From a virus: a DNA stretch of 64,000 nucleotides. The DNA lies in IMG/VR virus record IMGVR_UViG_3300031576_000018, positions 1 through 64,000 of that record; one strand, 5' to 3'. Made by a program: the position numbers and the translations under genes. Below the pieces are notes generated by a model. It was not told where the DNA came from. It ran no database searches and worked only from the letters and a program-made list of their open reading frames with translations. This document shows positions 1 through 10,022 of this stretch, piece by piece; positions within the stretch are counted from its first letter, which is position 1, and each line of letters begins with the position of its first letter.

Positions 1-44
1 TATAAAGAGGAAAGGTCAAACATTATCTAGGCTGTCATTCAATT

Positions 45-78
45 AAAAAGACCTGCTAATTTTAGTAGGTCTTTTTTT
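45..78 (+). terminator. Intrinsic terminator-like hairpin (possibly bidirectional)
   Basis: AAAAAGACCTGCTAA-TT-TTAGTAGGTCTTTTTTT stem-loop with T run. Confidence 0.75.
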
Positions 79-82
79 ATGT

Positions 83-750
83 CTGGAAATATTTGAATTA
101 ACGCTACAACGTAGGCTACTACTAGGCGGTTAGCACTGGAAATATTTGGTAGTAGAAAGCTATAGACCTACAGTTTTTACTCAGATGCACAAGTAAAGTG
201 TATAGCGTTCAGACTCGTTTAAATGCAAATCTAGCGACCAAATCTTTTTTAATATCGTAGCACCAAATCAGTTTTAAGCCCTCTCTATTGCTCTGTAATG
301 AATTTTCGACTAAAAAATTTATCTCTCATTTGCTCGTTAAAGCTCGTTAAAGCTCTGTTTTTAACTCTACACACAAGGCATAATCTCATTCTGTGGATAG
401 AGTCACAAGGCAAAGTTGAGAAAAAAGCAGGGGAAAATTAAGTCAGCACGCAATAAAAATAAAGATTTGTAAACAAATTAAACTTAACCAGAACTTAACC
501 CCACCCACCTTAGGCAAAAAACGTATGACCCCCCGTTAGGAAGCCCAAATTGTACGGTGTACCTTACTGTCCTATTGCACACTGAAAAAACCATCTGTAC
601 CTAACTACCCTGTACCAGCTATTTTTTGCTGGTGTACGATACTAACCTAAACATCTTCTACTGGTAAAAAGCCTAGCCTACTAACCTACCCCCACTTGTA
701 AAAAATTTTGCAATATACTATCTTAGCTGTATTGGATACCATACTATCTT
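83..750. repeat. Non-coding region with several pairs of short direct repeats
   Basis: CTGGAAATATTTG at 83 and 136; tandem GCTCGTTAAA at 332 and 342; AACTTAACC at 481 and 492; CTGTACC at 595 and 610; ATACTATCTT at 715 and 741; no ORF of 60 aa or more. Confidence 0.6.
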
Positions 751-760
751 TTGATAGAAT
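732..760 (+). promoter_or_regulatory. Sigma70-type promoter, probably leaderless
   Basis: TTGGAT-17 nt-TAGAAT with extended -10 TG; ATG at 767 is 6 nt downstream. Confidence 0.6.
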
Positions 761-766
761 AGAAGT

Positions 767-1003
767 ATGGAAATAGTAATAGGCTCCCAAACGTTAGATA
801 AGGTTATTACGGTCACAGGAACGAATTTAAAAGAGGTATGCCAGTTTGTGGGTCGAAGGTTAGTTACACTATGTGACTCTTCCGATAATACGTTGAGTGT
901 TCAGGCAGCTAGTGGTTCTGTACGATTAAAACCCAATGATATTATTTCTGTGCCTTCTGACAATGAATTTAGTGTTCCTTTGTGTGTGGTTAAGTCTTTG
1001 TAG
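767..1003 (+). CDS. Hypothetical protein
   Basis: 78 aa ORF directly after promoter. Confidence 0.6.
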   Translation: MEIVIGSQTLDKVITVTGTNLKEVCQFVGRRLVTLCDSSDNTLSVQAASGSVRLKPNDIISVPSDNEFSVPLCVVKSL

Positions 1004-1049
1004 ACAAAGTAGATAAAGTATTAGAGAAATTAGAGGAGAGTAGAAAGTA

Positions 1050-1415
1050 ATGGGATTAGATGAATTTAACTGGATGACAGCTTCAGAGGTAGCTAAAAGG
1101 ACAAAGTGTTTTAAAAGCGAGGTTTACTACTTAGCCAAGATTTACAAGCTACCTACTAAAACAAATGAAAAGGGTCATAAGTTATTTGATTTAGCGGCTC
1201 TTACGCCCATTATTAAGGAACACTACACACTTAAGCGTGCTAGGTTAACTGATATATACACTAGGAACAGACCCATTTACCTAGAATTGGAGAAGAGGTT
1301 TAACTTAGCTTTAGAGGTTCTTTTTGCGATAGCAGAGACTCCCATATCTTTACATAACCTCAATTTAGTTAACAAAGCCAAGCAAGTATTAAATGAAATT
1401 GGAAGGGGTAAGTGA
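1050..1415 (+). CDS. HTH DNA-binding protein (candidate terminase small subunit)
   Basis: N-terminal WMTASEVAKRTKCFKSEVYY MerR/Xis-like HTH pattern; GAGGAG RBS; upstream of terL. Confidence 0.5.
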   Translation: MGLDEFNWMTASEVAKRTKCFKSEVYYLAKIYKLPTKTNEKGHKLFDLAALTPIIKEHYTLKRARLTDIYTRNRPIYLELEKRFNLALEVLFAIAETPISLHNLNLVNKAKQVLNEIGRGK

Positions 1416-1642
1416 TGACACAGATAGCTACCTTCCCAGCAGGTACTAAGGTTAAGTACAGACAGGATTTCAGATCGTGGGAAGACCTCTGGATGGAAGA
1501 TAAAACCTTTACTGTTGTTGGGGAAATACAGCACTATTACCGACTTTCTGCCGAAGGCTATGGCGGAAAAGAGTATGGCAACGGACAAATATTAGTTAAA
1601 AAGGACTTTTGTATTCCTTACCTACAGGAGGTAGACGAATGA
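1412..1642 (+). CDS. Hypothetical protein
   Basis: Translationally coupled ORF (GTGA/ATGA overlaps). Confidence 0.6.
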   Translation: MMTQIATFPAGTKVKYRQDFRSWEDLWMEDKTFTVVGEIQHYYRLSAEGYGGKEYGNGQILVKKDFCIPYLQEVDE

Positions 1643-2085
1643 AATTTACAGAGCAGCCCAAACAAGAAATGAATGATTTTCTCAGAGAGTGTCTAGACTT
1701 TGTAGGACTTACACAGCGGCTCTTAGCCGTATCTGACAAAGAGCTAACTCATCCTGATTTTATTGCCCAGGTTTGGACAGTATCGGAGTCTTACTTAACA
1801 CAAGAACCTGAGAGTCAATTACAAACAATTTTCCACGAAATTGGGCATTGTTTGCTGCACCAACAGCAGCGAATTATTTATGAACTGATAGAGAATAACC
1901 TTGCCAGAGGAGAATATGAAATTTTTACCAAAGCCTACTATTTAGAAGAAGACAGAATCTGTGACAGGCTGGGTTATACTTTCGCCAAGCAATTTAAAAA
2001 ACTACCCCCACAACTTATAAAGGAGACTAATAATGGAACCGACCAGAAAGCAGATAGCCCAACAAATACTTCAGCATTTGATTGA
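1639..2085 (+). CDS. Zn-metallopeptidase-like protein (HExxH)
   Basis: IFHEIGH followed by EEDRICD; start moved to ATG 1639 after AGGAGG. Confidence 0.55.
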   Translation: MKFTEQPKQEMNDFLRECLDFVGLTQRLLAVSDKELTHPDFIAQVWTVSESYLTQEPESQLQTIFHEIGHCLLHQQQRIIYELIENNLARGEYEIFTKAYYLEEDRICDRLGYTFAKQFKKLPPQLIKETNNGTDQKADSPTNTSAFD

Positions 2086-2311
2086 ACACTCCAGAGCCAG
2101 AGTAAGAACAGAAGAAGGTGTACATGAATTAGTGCTCTATCAAGAAAAACTCTATCTTACCCACTTAGAGAGTGGAGAAAGCCGTACTATATCGACACCC
2201 TATCATATGGATACGTTACTAGATAAGATTGTACATTTTAGGCTAAAGAATGTGGGTAGGCCTAAAGACCTAGACCCTATAAAGAGGCTCATACAGGAAA
2301 TTGATGAGTAA
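2033..2311 (+). CDS. Hypothetical protein overlapping terL start
   Basis: AAGGAG RBS; 92 aa. Confidence 0.6.
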   Translation: MEPTRKQIAQQILQHLIEHSRARVRTEEGVHELVLYQEKLYLTHLESGESRTISTPYHMDTLLDKIVHFRLKNVGRPKDLDPIKRLIQEIDE

Positions 2312-5300
2312 GCTAATTTGTCCACAGAGTAACCAAATTTTGATTGAGTCCTGCATTAAGTTGGGAGAGCGAATAGCGGGTATTCGGCTCTATGACTATC
2401 AGAAGAAGTTTTGCCGAGAGGTTATTTTTGATCTTCTGACTGAGGGAGCTAATACGCTTACCGCACTCTTCTCTAGACAATGTGTTCACCCCGACACTAA
2501 GATAATAACCCCTACAGGTTTTAAGTATGCCCACGAGTTACAAACTAATGACCCTGTACTCTCTGTTTTTGACAATGAGATTTGCATTGACGCTATACGA
2601 GCAAAGACAGTACAGAACTTATTATTTTACAAGATAAAACTTTTTACAAACCATGAGCAAGAAGTCTCTAATATGGAGAGGTTTAAGAAGATAGATCAAA
2701 CGTGGGGCTATATCAAAGACCAATCTATTAAATCAGGCGATCAGATTCAGGTTGCTATTGACCATATTCTCAATGAAGACATTTCTAGAGAGGACTATTC
2801 GGCTAAACAGGCGGGACTTCTTATGTTTGGGCAGCAGTCCCGAATGGACTTATCGGATATTTTAGGTTCCTTAGGTCCTACTAGAAGAGTACAACTCAAA
2901 ACGAAATCGAGAGTGTATGCAGAATCCCTAGCCACCCTCCTCAACACAACAGCATCACAAAGCCAAGATGGGTACACAGTACCTATTGCTTTAGAACCAT
3001 TAGACAGGGAGTATGTTTTTTCGCAGAGGGAGTCTATTCTCAGGCACTTGTTCCAATACGCAGAGATCACCACTTTTCAGTCCAACAGAGGGAAGAAGTA
3101 CAAGATTATTTTCAAGGTAGGTTCTTCAGGTGTGTACAGGGACGCCTTAAGTGCCTTACTCTTGCGAGTTGGCATTATTCACAGGTTCAAGAAAGAAAAT
3201 ATTGAAATTAAGATGTTCGATGGTATTTTTTTATCTCTTCCTTTTCTCAAGACCCATTACCTCTTCTCAGAGCTAAGAAATTATCTCAGGGGTTATAACT
3301 CTAAACTTGGGGTAAGGTTATCACTTAAAGACACCTTCACAATGTTTAAGCAGTTTCCCATCTTACGGGAGTTTGTTAAGGACTCTACGTATAAGTACTA
3401 TAAAAAGAATGGGATTCACTTGACCAAGCTACTCGACCTTCTCTTTAGGACAGAAATTGACCCGGACACGTTGTTTAATTTTCTTCCTAGAACCTATTAC
3501 GCAACGATTAAGGACATTTACTCCACAACTGTAGGTGACGCTATTTCCTTAGAGACAAGAGTGTCAGGAACCTATGTAGCCGAAGGCATGGTAAACCACA
3601 ATTCTGGGAAAACAGAGGCCAATTCAGTTATTTGTTGTTCCATTATGTTGATGTTTCCTCACTTGGCCCATTCTTTCCCAGATGATAACCGCTTTAAAAA
3701 GTTTAAAAAGGGTGTCTGGATAGGTATTTTTGCTCCAAAAGCCGAACAAGCCGATGATTCTTATGAACGGATTAGAACCAAGTTTGAATCAGACACAGGT
3801 AAAGAAATTCTCAACGAGTTCCAAGTCAAGTCCACAGTTTCCAAGGGTGATAGAGTTAAGCTAACAAACGGCTCACGCTGTCGAGCCTGTACAGCCGGAA
3901 AGGACAGTAATATTGAAGGCGATACCCTACATCTTATTATTGGGGAAGAATCTCAGGATATTGACTCTAAGAAGTTTAAAAAGTCCATCCGACCTATGCG
4001 TACAGCCACAGCAGGAACTATCTTAATGATAGGCACAGCCAATATGATTCGGTCGTACTTCTGGGAGACAATTACTCTTAACAAGCGAAAGACTAAGGAA
4101 GCCCAGCGACAATTTCACATTCAAGTGGATTATCAGGAAGCCTCCAAAGTCAATCCGAAGTATGCGATTTCAGTTGTTAAAGAGATAGAAGAGATGGGTA
4201 TCGACTCAGACGAGTTTAAAATGTCCTATATGAACCTTTTTCTCTTCGAGAGGGGTATGGCATTTAAACCAGAGCAATTAGAGCCATTTCACCCCATACT
4301 AAACCCAGAGGGTCTATTCTACAATTATGAAACAACAAACTTTTACAACGGGTACAAGACAGTGATTGTTGGAATTGACGTTGGGAAGCAACAAGATAGG
4401 ACATTTTGCGTGGCTGTGGAGGTAGATTTTGAAAATCCCATCATTGGGAAGCACTTTATAGCCTATCACAAGAAATTAATCGGCTGGACGTGTATGTTAG
4501 GTGATAATTTTCCCCAACAACAGGGAAAAGTAGTCGATTTTCTAGCCCAAATGAACGCCTCAAAAGTCCTGATGGACACCACAGGTAAAGGAGATGCTTT
4601 TTTTGACTATTTGGCAGAAGCCTGTGAACATATTGAGTTTGTTCCTATCCCTTTCTCCTCCAAGTCTAAGCATATGATGTACAGAAGCCTCATTTACGAC
4701 ATGAACGCAGGAAGGGTGCAGTTTCCTTGTGGTAAAGAGACGAAAAAACAGGAACCTTACCACCATTTTATTAGAGAAATGGGAGAATTAGAGAAGAGCT
4801 ACACAGGTGCTTATCTATCCTGCCATAAACCGACTCGATCTGAACACGGAGTACCGCATGATGATGCTTGCTTTCATCCAGATACACCTATGCTAATAAA
4901 AAGAGGCGGTAGAGTGGTTTGCGTAAATATTTCAGAAGCTGTTGTAGGTGATTTAGTGATTACAGACAAGTCTCGATTTAAACCTGTGGTAGCTACAATG
5001 AAAAGAGAATTTGATGGCACGTTGGTAGAGATTAATATTAAGAAGTTGGGTAAATGCTTAGTCACAGCAAATCACCCTATTTTAACTACTACTGGCTATG
5101 TACCCGCGGGGGAACTTAAGTCTGGTAAACATAAAGCTATTAAAACTTTTTACAAAGGAGAGGACAAAGAGGAGCTACCAGACTTCGACCTGCTTCCGGT
5201 TTTTGAAAATTTAGCCAGAAGTTCTAAAAAGAATAATGCTTTAATAGATATGTCCAAGATTATAAGCAAGGGTAAGAAAATAAAATTTAACAACCCTAAA

Positions 5301-6176
5301 GCTAAGTTTCACAACCGCTTTATTAAAATAACCCCCGATCTCTGTAGGTTAATCGGTTATTTTATCTCAGAAGGTGCGTGTGGAAAGCACAGCGTGCAGT
5401 TTTCGTTTAACACGAAAGAGACAGAGTTGCATAAAGATGTTACTAATCTGCTGGCTAAGTGTTTTGGTATCGCTAAGAAAAGTATTGGCGTTCGTCATAA
5501 CGCAAACAACAGCACCGCCGTCTACACTTCGTCTAGAGTAATCAGAGAGTTCTTTAAAAGCCTTGTCCCAGGTACTTCCTCTGATAGAGCGATACCTACG
5601 TTTATCCTAGAGTTAGCACTTGAGTTTAAAGAACAGGTTTTACGTGGTATTTGGCTAGGTGACGGGTATTACAATGAAAGGCAAGTATCTATCGTAACAA
5701 CTTCTCCAACTTTGGCTTATCAGATGAGGGATTTATTCAGTGAACTGGGGGCTATATTCTCAATTGATGTCTCTAAGAGAGCTGGGCGTACTTGTTTAAT
5801 CCGTGATCGGGAAGTAAATCACAACTACGATCTCTTTCAACTTCGCGCAATGTATTTCAAGGATTACAACAAATCTTTAGCTCTTTTAAGCATGGTTACA
5901 AACAATCTAAAAAAAGAGTCTGCTTTTCACAAAGTAGTGGCTGTAGCAGAAGAAACAAGGGTTGTGGCGGAGATACGGTCAATTAAATATTTGCATAAGC
6001 AAGAAAATCAATTCGTTTATAACTTGGAGGTTGAAGATGACCATTCATATACGGTTAACAACCTTACTGCCCATAACTGCGATGCGTTAGCGTTAGCATG
6101 TTATGGAGCTAAGATAGAAGAGAACACGAATCAACAATATGTTGAGGTACGAGATAACATTTTTTACACGAATTAG
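2304..6176 (+). CDS. terL: Terminase large subunit with two inteins (about 513 aa after splicing)
   Basis: LYDYQ motif, Walker A SRQ/SGKT split by intein, EGDTLHLIIGEESQD Walker B, VGIDVG nuclease motif, HDDA/CDALALA split by intein. Confidence 0.93.
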   Translation: MSKLICPQSNQILIESCIKLGERIAGIRLYDYQKKFCREVIFDLLTEGANTLTALFSRQCVHPDTKIITPTGFKYAHELQTNDPVLSVFDNEICIDAIRAKTVQNLLFYKIKLFTNHEQEVSNMERFKKIDQTWGYIKDQSIKSGDQIQVAIDHILNEDISREDYSAKQAGLLMFGQQSRMDLSDILGSLGPTRRVQLKTKSRVYAESLATLLNTTASQSQDGYTVPIALEPLDREYVFSQRESILRHLFQYAEITTFQSNRGKKYKIIFKVGSSGVYRDALSALLLRVGIIHRFKKENIEIKMFDGIFLSLPFLKTHYLFSELRNYLRGYNSKLGVRLSLKDTFTMFKQFPILREFVKDSTYKYYKKNGIHLTKLLDLLFRTEIDPDTLFNFLPRTYYATIKDIYSTTVGDAISLETRVSGTYVAEGMVNHNSGKTEANSVICCSIMLMFPHLAHSFPDDNRFKKFKKGVWIGIFAPKAEQADDSYERIRTKFESDTGKEILNEFQVKSTVSKGDRVKLTNGSRCRACTAGKDSNIEGDTLHLIIGEESQDIDSKKFKKSIRPMRTATAGTILMIGTANMIRSYFWETITLNKRKTKEAQRQFHIQVDYQEASKVNPKYAISVVKEIEEMGIDSDEFKMSYMNLFLFERGMAFKPEQLEPFHPILNPEGLFYNYETTNFYNGYKTVIVGIDVGKQQDRTFCVAVEVDFENPIIGKHFIAYHKKLIGWTCMLGDNFPQQQGKVVDFLAQMNASKVLMDTTGKGDAFFDYLAEACEHIEFVPIPFSSKSKHMMYRSLIYDMNAGRVQFPCGKETKKQEPYHHFIREMGELEKSYTGAYLSCHKPTRSEHGVPHDDACFHPDTPMLIKRGGRVVCVNISEAVVGDLVITDKSRFKPVVATMKREFDGTLVEINIKKLGKCLVTANHPILTTTGYVPAGELKSGKHKAIKTFYKGEDKEELPDFDLLPVFENLARSSKKNNALIDMSKIISKGKKIKFNNPKAKFHNRFIKITPDLCRLIGYFISEGACGKHSVQFSFNTKETELHKDVTNLLAKCFGIAKKSIGVRHNANNSTAVYTSSRVIREFFKSLVPGTSSDRAIPTFILELALEFKEQVLRGIWLGDGYYNERQVSIVTTSPTLAYQMRDLFSELGAIFSIDVSKRAGRTCLIRDREVNHNYDLFQLRAMYFKDYNKSLALLSMVTNNLKKESAFHKVVAVAEETRVVAEIRSIKYLHKQENQFVYNLEVEDDHSYTVNNLTAHNCDALALACYGAKIEENTNQQYVEVRDNIFYTN
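2481..3602 (+). mobile_element. Intein 1 (374 aa) in terminase Walker A, degenerate endonuclease region
   Basis: Starts CVHPDT, ends VNHN, followed by Ser; removal restores SRQSGKT. Confidence 0.9.
4869..6077 (+). mobile_element. Intein 2 (403 aa) with LAGLIDADG homing endonuclease, in terminase nuclease domain
   Basis: Starts CFHPDT, block B TANHP, LIGYFISEG and LRGIWLGDG motifs, VYNLEVEDDHSY...AHN end followed by Cys. Confidence 0.92.
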
Positions 6177-6211
6177 TTAAAAAGCGTTAAAAAAAATATT
6201 AGGAGTTAAAT

Positions 6212-6487
6212 ATGCACAAGTATAATTTTGACGAGCTTAAAAAGGTAGCAAACGAACTAGACGCTTTATCAAACGATGAAAGTACAAACACAAGGGCTGA
6301 TCAACAAATTGAAAAGCTGAGAAAAGACGTATTGCCTAAATTGTCTAAACGACTCCGAGATGCGTTAACCAGTGAACAAGAACATTGGGAAAAATCCCAA
6401 CTTCATTTAGCCAATGGTGAACTTGTAGACGACTTTGTGCCTAAGGAAGTCCCTCTTGACCCAGAAGTTACACCAGAAGAGGAATAA
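6212..6487 (+). CDS. Hypothetical acidic protein
   Basis: AGGAG RBS, 91 aa. Confidence 0.6.
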   Translation: MHKYNFDELKKVANELDALSNDESTNTRADQQIEKLRKDVLPKLSKRLRDALTSEQEHWEKSQLHLANGELVDDFVPKEVPLDPEVTPEEE

Positions 6488-6495
6488 GTAAACGT

Positions 6496-6533
6496 AAAAA
6501 AGACCTCTACGGGAGCTTGTGGAGGTCTTTTTT
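6496..6533 (+). terminator. Intrinsic terminator-like hairpin
   Basis: AAAAAAGACCTC...GAGGTCTTTTTT; same outer stem as hairpin at 45. Confidence 0.75.
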
Positions 6534-6702
6534 AATAGGTTGGTAGCAACAAAGGTAAGGAAAAAACATAAAAAGTTATATAGGCAGTATATCAAATTTT
6601 TAGGTTGTGTCTAGACTGAAAAATAGTTATACTAACTAAATAATCCCTCAAGCTACAAACTCAAGGGATTAAAAACTACATAATACTGGAGAACATTGTA
6701 AC

Positions 6703-7650
6703 ATGCCTTTAAACAAAATCCCCACATCATGCGCCGTTGTCAGAAAAGATTTTTTCAAAGTAACTAACCATCAACTAACAGCAATTATTCTTAATCAACT
6801 TATTTACTGGACAGAGAGAAGAAAAGATTTTTTAGAGTTTAAAGAAGAGACACTAACTAAAGATACCAAAGAGTTTGGTTGGGTTTATAAGACTGCATCT
6901 GATCTAAAAGAGGAAGTACTAACGGAACAGTCAAGAATGAGTGTTTCAAGAGCCTTAATTAGGTTAGAGGCTTTAGGTATTCTGGATGTAAGAAATGACC
7001 CGAGCAATCATTTTAATAGAGCACTGCAGTATAGGGTTAATTTAGAAAAGTTAGCTGCTCTGGTAAAAGAAAAAGGGTTTGAAAATAGTAAGTATGCAAG
7101 TGTCAAAAAATTCTTTAACATCAAAGGTGAAAGTAAGGAAAACTCGATTTCACACCATGAGCAATGTTCAATGCACACCCTGAGCTTTCCATTGCACAAC
7201 GTGAGCAATGTATATAAGGAATCAGAGATTACAAAAACAGAGATAGAGATATTAAATACAGTTGACGAAGAAATTAAGGCTGTAAACCTAAAAGAATACA
7301 AGGACAAAAAAGAGAAAAATAGAAATCTACCGGCAGGTACTTTACCTATTTGGGCTAAAGGGTTAAAAGACGAAGCATTTTACATACAAGACTTAGGTGA
7401 AAACGTAGTCAATATACGGAGAATAGATTTTCATGAGTTACGAGACTATTACTGTAAAAGCTCTAATTACCTTGAAGAGTTATTTTGTTATTTCTTAGAA
7501 AAAAGATTAACAAAAGAAAGAGTAATTAGAACAATGAATAAGTTCTCAGACAAACCCGACTGCTACAAACCCAGCTTAGAGTCTATTATCACTAGGCACA
7601 CTCCAGAAGTAGACTCAACGATTGAAGATCCAAGATACGCTAGTCTTTAG
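6703..7650 (+). CDS. wHTH replication-initiator-like protein A
   Basis: AIILNQLIYW...GWVYKT...SVSRALIRLEALGIL...YRVN winged-helix pattern of phage replisome organisers; internal repeats in linker. Confidence 0.7.
   Translation: MPLNKIPTSCAVVRKDFFKVTNHQLTAIILNQLIYWTERRKDFLEFKEETLTKDTKEFGWVYKTASDLKEEVLTEQSRMSVSRALIRLEALGILDVRNDPSNHFNRALQYRVNLEKLAALVKEKGFENSKYASVKKFFNIKGESKENSISHHEQCSMHTLSFPLHNVSNVYKESEITKTEIEILNTVDEEIKAVNLKEYKDKKEKNRNLPAGTLPIWAKGLKDEAFYIQDLGENVVNIRRIDFHELRDYYCKSSNYLEELFCYFLEKRLTKERVIRTMNKFSDKPDCYKPSLESIITRHTPEVDSTIEDPRYASL
7149..7210. repeat. Three imperfect palindromic iteron-like repeats inside initiator A
   Basis: TTCACACCATGAGCAA, TGCACACCCTGAGC, CATTGCACAACGTGAGCAATG at 21-23 bp spacing. 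Confidence 0.65.
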
Positions 7651-7670
7651 AAAGATACTAGGAGAATAAT

Positions 7671-8183
7671 ATGACTACAAAAGTATTTTTATCGTATTTT
7701 GAGCTTAGGCTCATTACTTTCTCTAGAGATATAGACGCAGACCTGTTAAGTAATTTAATTTTTTTAACCAGTTTAACTTCAGATTTTAGTAAATATGTTG
7801 TAGAGGTGTTAAACAGCGAAAAAATAAAGTATGGTTGGGTACGAATAAATCATAAACTGTTAACTGAGCTTTTAGTTACCCGCAGGGCATCAAAAACAGT
7901 TACAAACGCTCTTAACCGTCTTGTCAAGTTGGGTTTAATTAACATTAGAACGAATAAAAATAAAACAGATAAGACAAGACGGTTTAGGGTAAAATTAACT
8001 GAAGTCTCTAGACATCTTCATGCTGTTAACCTACAGGATTCCCAATTTTTTGATTTACCCAATTTATTAGAGAAACAGAAAAAAGAGTCAAAAGAGAATA
8101 AAGAGCTTTATCTTGATGCGTGTTCTTGCTTTTTCACAGGAATGTATACTCAGGATAGGGAGTACACATATGATGTTATCTAG
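7671..8183 (+). CDS. Shorter wHTH paralog of initiator A
   Basis: YGWV...TVTNALNRLVKLGLI...RFRV aligns with 6703 protein. Confidence 0.6.
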   Translation: MTTKVFLSYFELRLITFSRDIDADLLSNLIFLTSLTSDFSKYVVEVLNSEKIKYGWVRINHKLLTELLVTRRASKTVTNALNRLVKLGLINIRTNKNKTDKTRRFRVKLTEVSRHLHAVNLQDSQFFDLPNLLEKQKKESKENKELYLDACSCFFTGMYTQDREYTYDVI

Positions 8184-8206
8184 TTTTTTAGTTCCAAACT
8201 TAAAGG

Positions 8207-8215
8207 TGATATACT
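8207..8215 (+). promoter_or_regulatory. Extended -10 promoter, probably leaderless
   Basis: TGATATACT, ATG 6 nt downstream. Confidence 0.55.
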
Positions 8216-8221
8216 TTTGTT

Positions 8222-8542
8222 ATGGAAAGATTTAAACTTCTCTTTGAGCCTTCTTTGAGCCTACCTGTTGGTGGAAAGCTTACTTTAGCTTTCCCAGTTA
8301 AACACCAACTGCCAGGTGATTTAGGCTATGCCATAACCTCTTCCAGCTTTAGGTTACTATCTTCTTCTGGGGTAGAAACCATTGCATTAACAGCGGGTTT
8401 AAGCTTACAACCTACAGTTGCAGGTTTTACACTAAACTTAACTGCTGTAGCCGCGGGGCAGTACACTTTAGTTGTTAACGTAATTCTGTCTACACAGGAC
8501 GTACTTGTAGCAGAGCAATCACTTTTCTTAGGTGGTAACTAA
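8222..8542 (+). CDS. Hypothetical beta-rich (Ig-like) virion protein
   Basis: Alternating beta pattern, AGQYTLVV; coupled to portal (TAATG). Confidence 0.5.
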   Translation: MERFKLLFEPSLSLPVGGKLTLAFPVKHQLPGDLGYAITSSSFRLLSSSGVETIALTAGLSLQPTVAGFTLNLTAVAAGQYTLVVNVILSTQDVLVAEQSLFLGGN

Positions 8543-10020
8543 TGGGTTTAGTATCAGATTTTGGAAGGCAGTTCTCAATTTATGCGAAAACTTTGTTTCC
8601 TTCCACAGGTAGTACAGATGTTCTTCCGACCGTAGCCCCAGAGGACGCAGAGCGTTTTTCTCGTTACAGCCTTTTTTGGCGTTTTTACATGGGTCAACAT
8701 TGGGAGAATCCGACAAGACCTGATGGAGAGCCGTACTTAACCGCCAATTATCTACAAGCCTTTGTAGACATTGGAACCTATTATCTGATGAATAAACCTT
8801 GGCAGTTAGTCAATACCGATAAAGATTACTCAGATGAGAAAATACCCTATCTAGATGAGATTTGGAAAAACAATAAGAAGCCAGTTTATTCAATAGAGAA
8901 GGCACAAATGGGCGGGGTAACAGGGGATGCGTTTACTCTCATTATGCCTGACCCACTCACAAATCTGCCTAAAAGCTATCTAGTACCTTCTTCGTTCGTT
9001 TTACCGGTCTGGCATCCAACCGAGAGGGGTGTACTTGTTTCTGGTATAGTGCAATTTCCGCTGAAAATGTCTTCAGCGGGTTCTACTGACGTGATGACCG
9101 TAACTGTGGATTCTATGCGTATTGACCAGTATGTTAACGGTGAACTTGTTAATTCAATTGATCACCGCTTAGGTGAACCCCCTCTCATTCTCACCAGAAA
9201 TAAACTTTTATCCTGTTCAAACAGTGGGGTGTCAGACCTTCAACCGGTTATCGACGTGCAAAGGCAGTTTAACCGTAAATTTACAGACATCGGTGATATT
9301 ATTAATCACCATGCTGCTCCCATTACCATCGTCTACGGCACAAAGCTAAAAAACTTAGAGCGGGGTGCTAATAAAGTGTGGGGAGGTTTGCCTTCTCACA
9401 AAGAAGCCAAGGTAGAGAACCTTAACTCTCTAGGTGATTTAAAAGCTGGGACAGAGCATTTAATGTTTATTCAGAAGGTACTCCATCAATTATCTTTCTG
9501 CCCAGAGATTGCCTTAGGTAAAGAGATGGACATTTCCAACACTTCAGCTCTGGCGATACAGCTTTTATTTGGTCCTCTTCTTTTAGTGACGGAAGCCAAA
9601 CACCATTCTTACGGTCAAGGTTTTATGGACGAGAATCGTATTCATTTAAAATGGGGCATCCGGCTAGGGCTTATAACAGCCCCAAGTACACAAAAGGAAC
9701 TTAACAAGTTCTACAGGGCTCCTGTGAAGTTTGGGGTGGCTCTTCCAAGGGACGACATGTTAAACCTTAACAAAGTAATCAACCGTGCTAAAAACGCATT
9801 AATAACTCCTGAGGAGATGTTTGAGGAGTTGGGCGTAACTAATATTGAAGAATATTGGAATGATATTATGTCTTCTATTGATGAAGGAACGTACCCTGCA
9901 ATGTTACTTACCGCTCAAGAAAAGTTAACTAATTTGGGCGGTGTAATGAGAGATGGGGCGACAAATGAACAAATAGACGATATGATAGTTAAAGAATCTA
10001 ATTCAAGTGGAGGAAAGTAA
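8542..10020 (+). CDS. Portal protein
   Basis: 492 aa, FY.G.HW, GGVTGDAF, GVSDL, SNTSALAI SPP1-like portal patterns; position before scaffold and MCP. Confidence 0.85.
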   Translation: MGLVSDFGRQFSIYAKTLFPSTGSTDVLPTVAPEDAERFSRYSLFWRFYMGQHWENPTRPDGEPYLTANYLQAFVDIGTYYLMNKPWQLVNTDKDYSDEKIPYLDEIWKNNKKPVYSIEKAQMGGVTGDAFTLIMPDPLTNLPKSYLVPSSFVLPVWHPTERGVLVSGIVQFPLKMSSAGSTDVMTVTVDSMRIDQYVNGELVNSIDHRLGEPPLILTRNKLLSCSNSGVSDLQPVIDVQRQFNRKFTDIGDIINHHAAPITIVYGTKLKNLERGANKVWGGLPSHKEAKVENLNSLGDLKAGTEHLMFIQKVLHQLSFCPEIALGKEMDISNTSALAIQLLFGPLLLVTEAKHHSYGQGFMDENRIHLKWGIRLGLITAPSTQKELNKFYRAPVKFGVALPRDDMLNLNKVINRAKNALITPEEMFEELGVTNIEEYWNDIMSSIDEGTYPAMLLTAQEKLTNLGGVMRDGATNEQIDDMIVKESNSSGGK

Positions 10021-10022
10021 TT

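Noticed and set aside
550-640. GTAC-rich motifs as cyanobacterial LexA boxes
   Set aside because: Spacing (GTAC-N3-GTAC) does not fit the recalled consensus and the host is unknown
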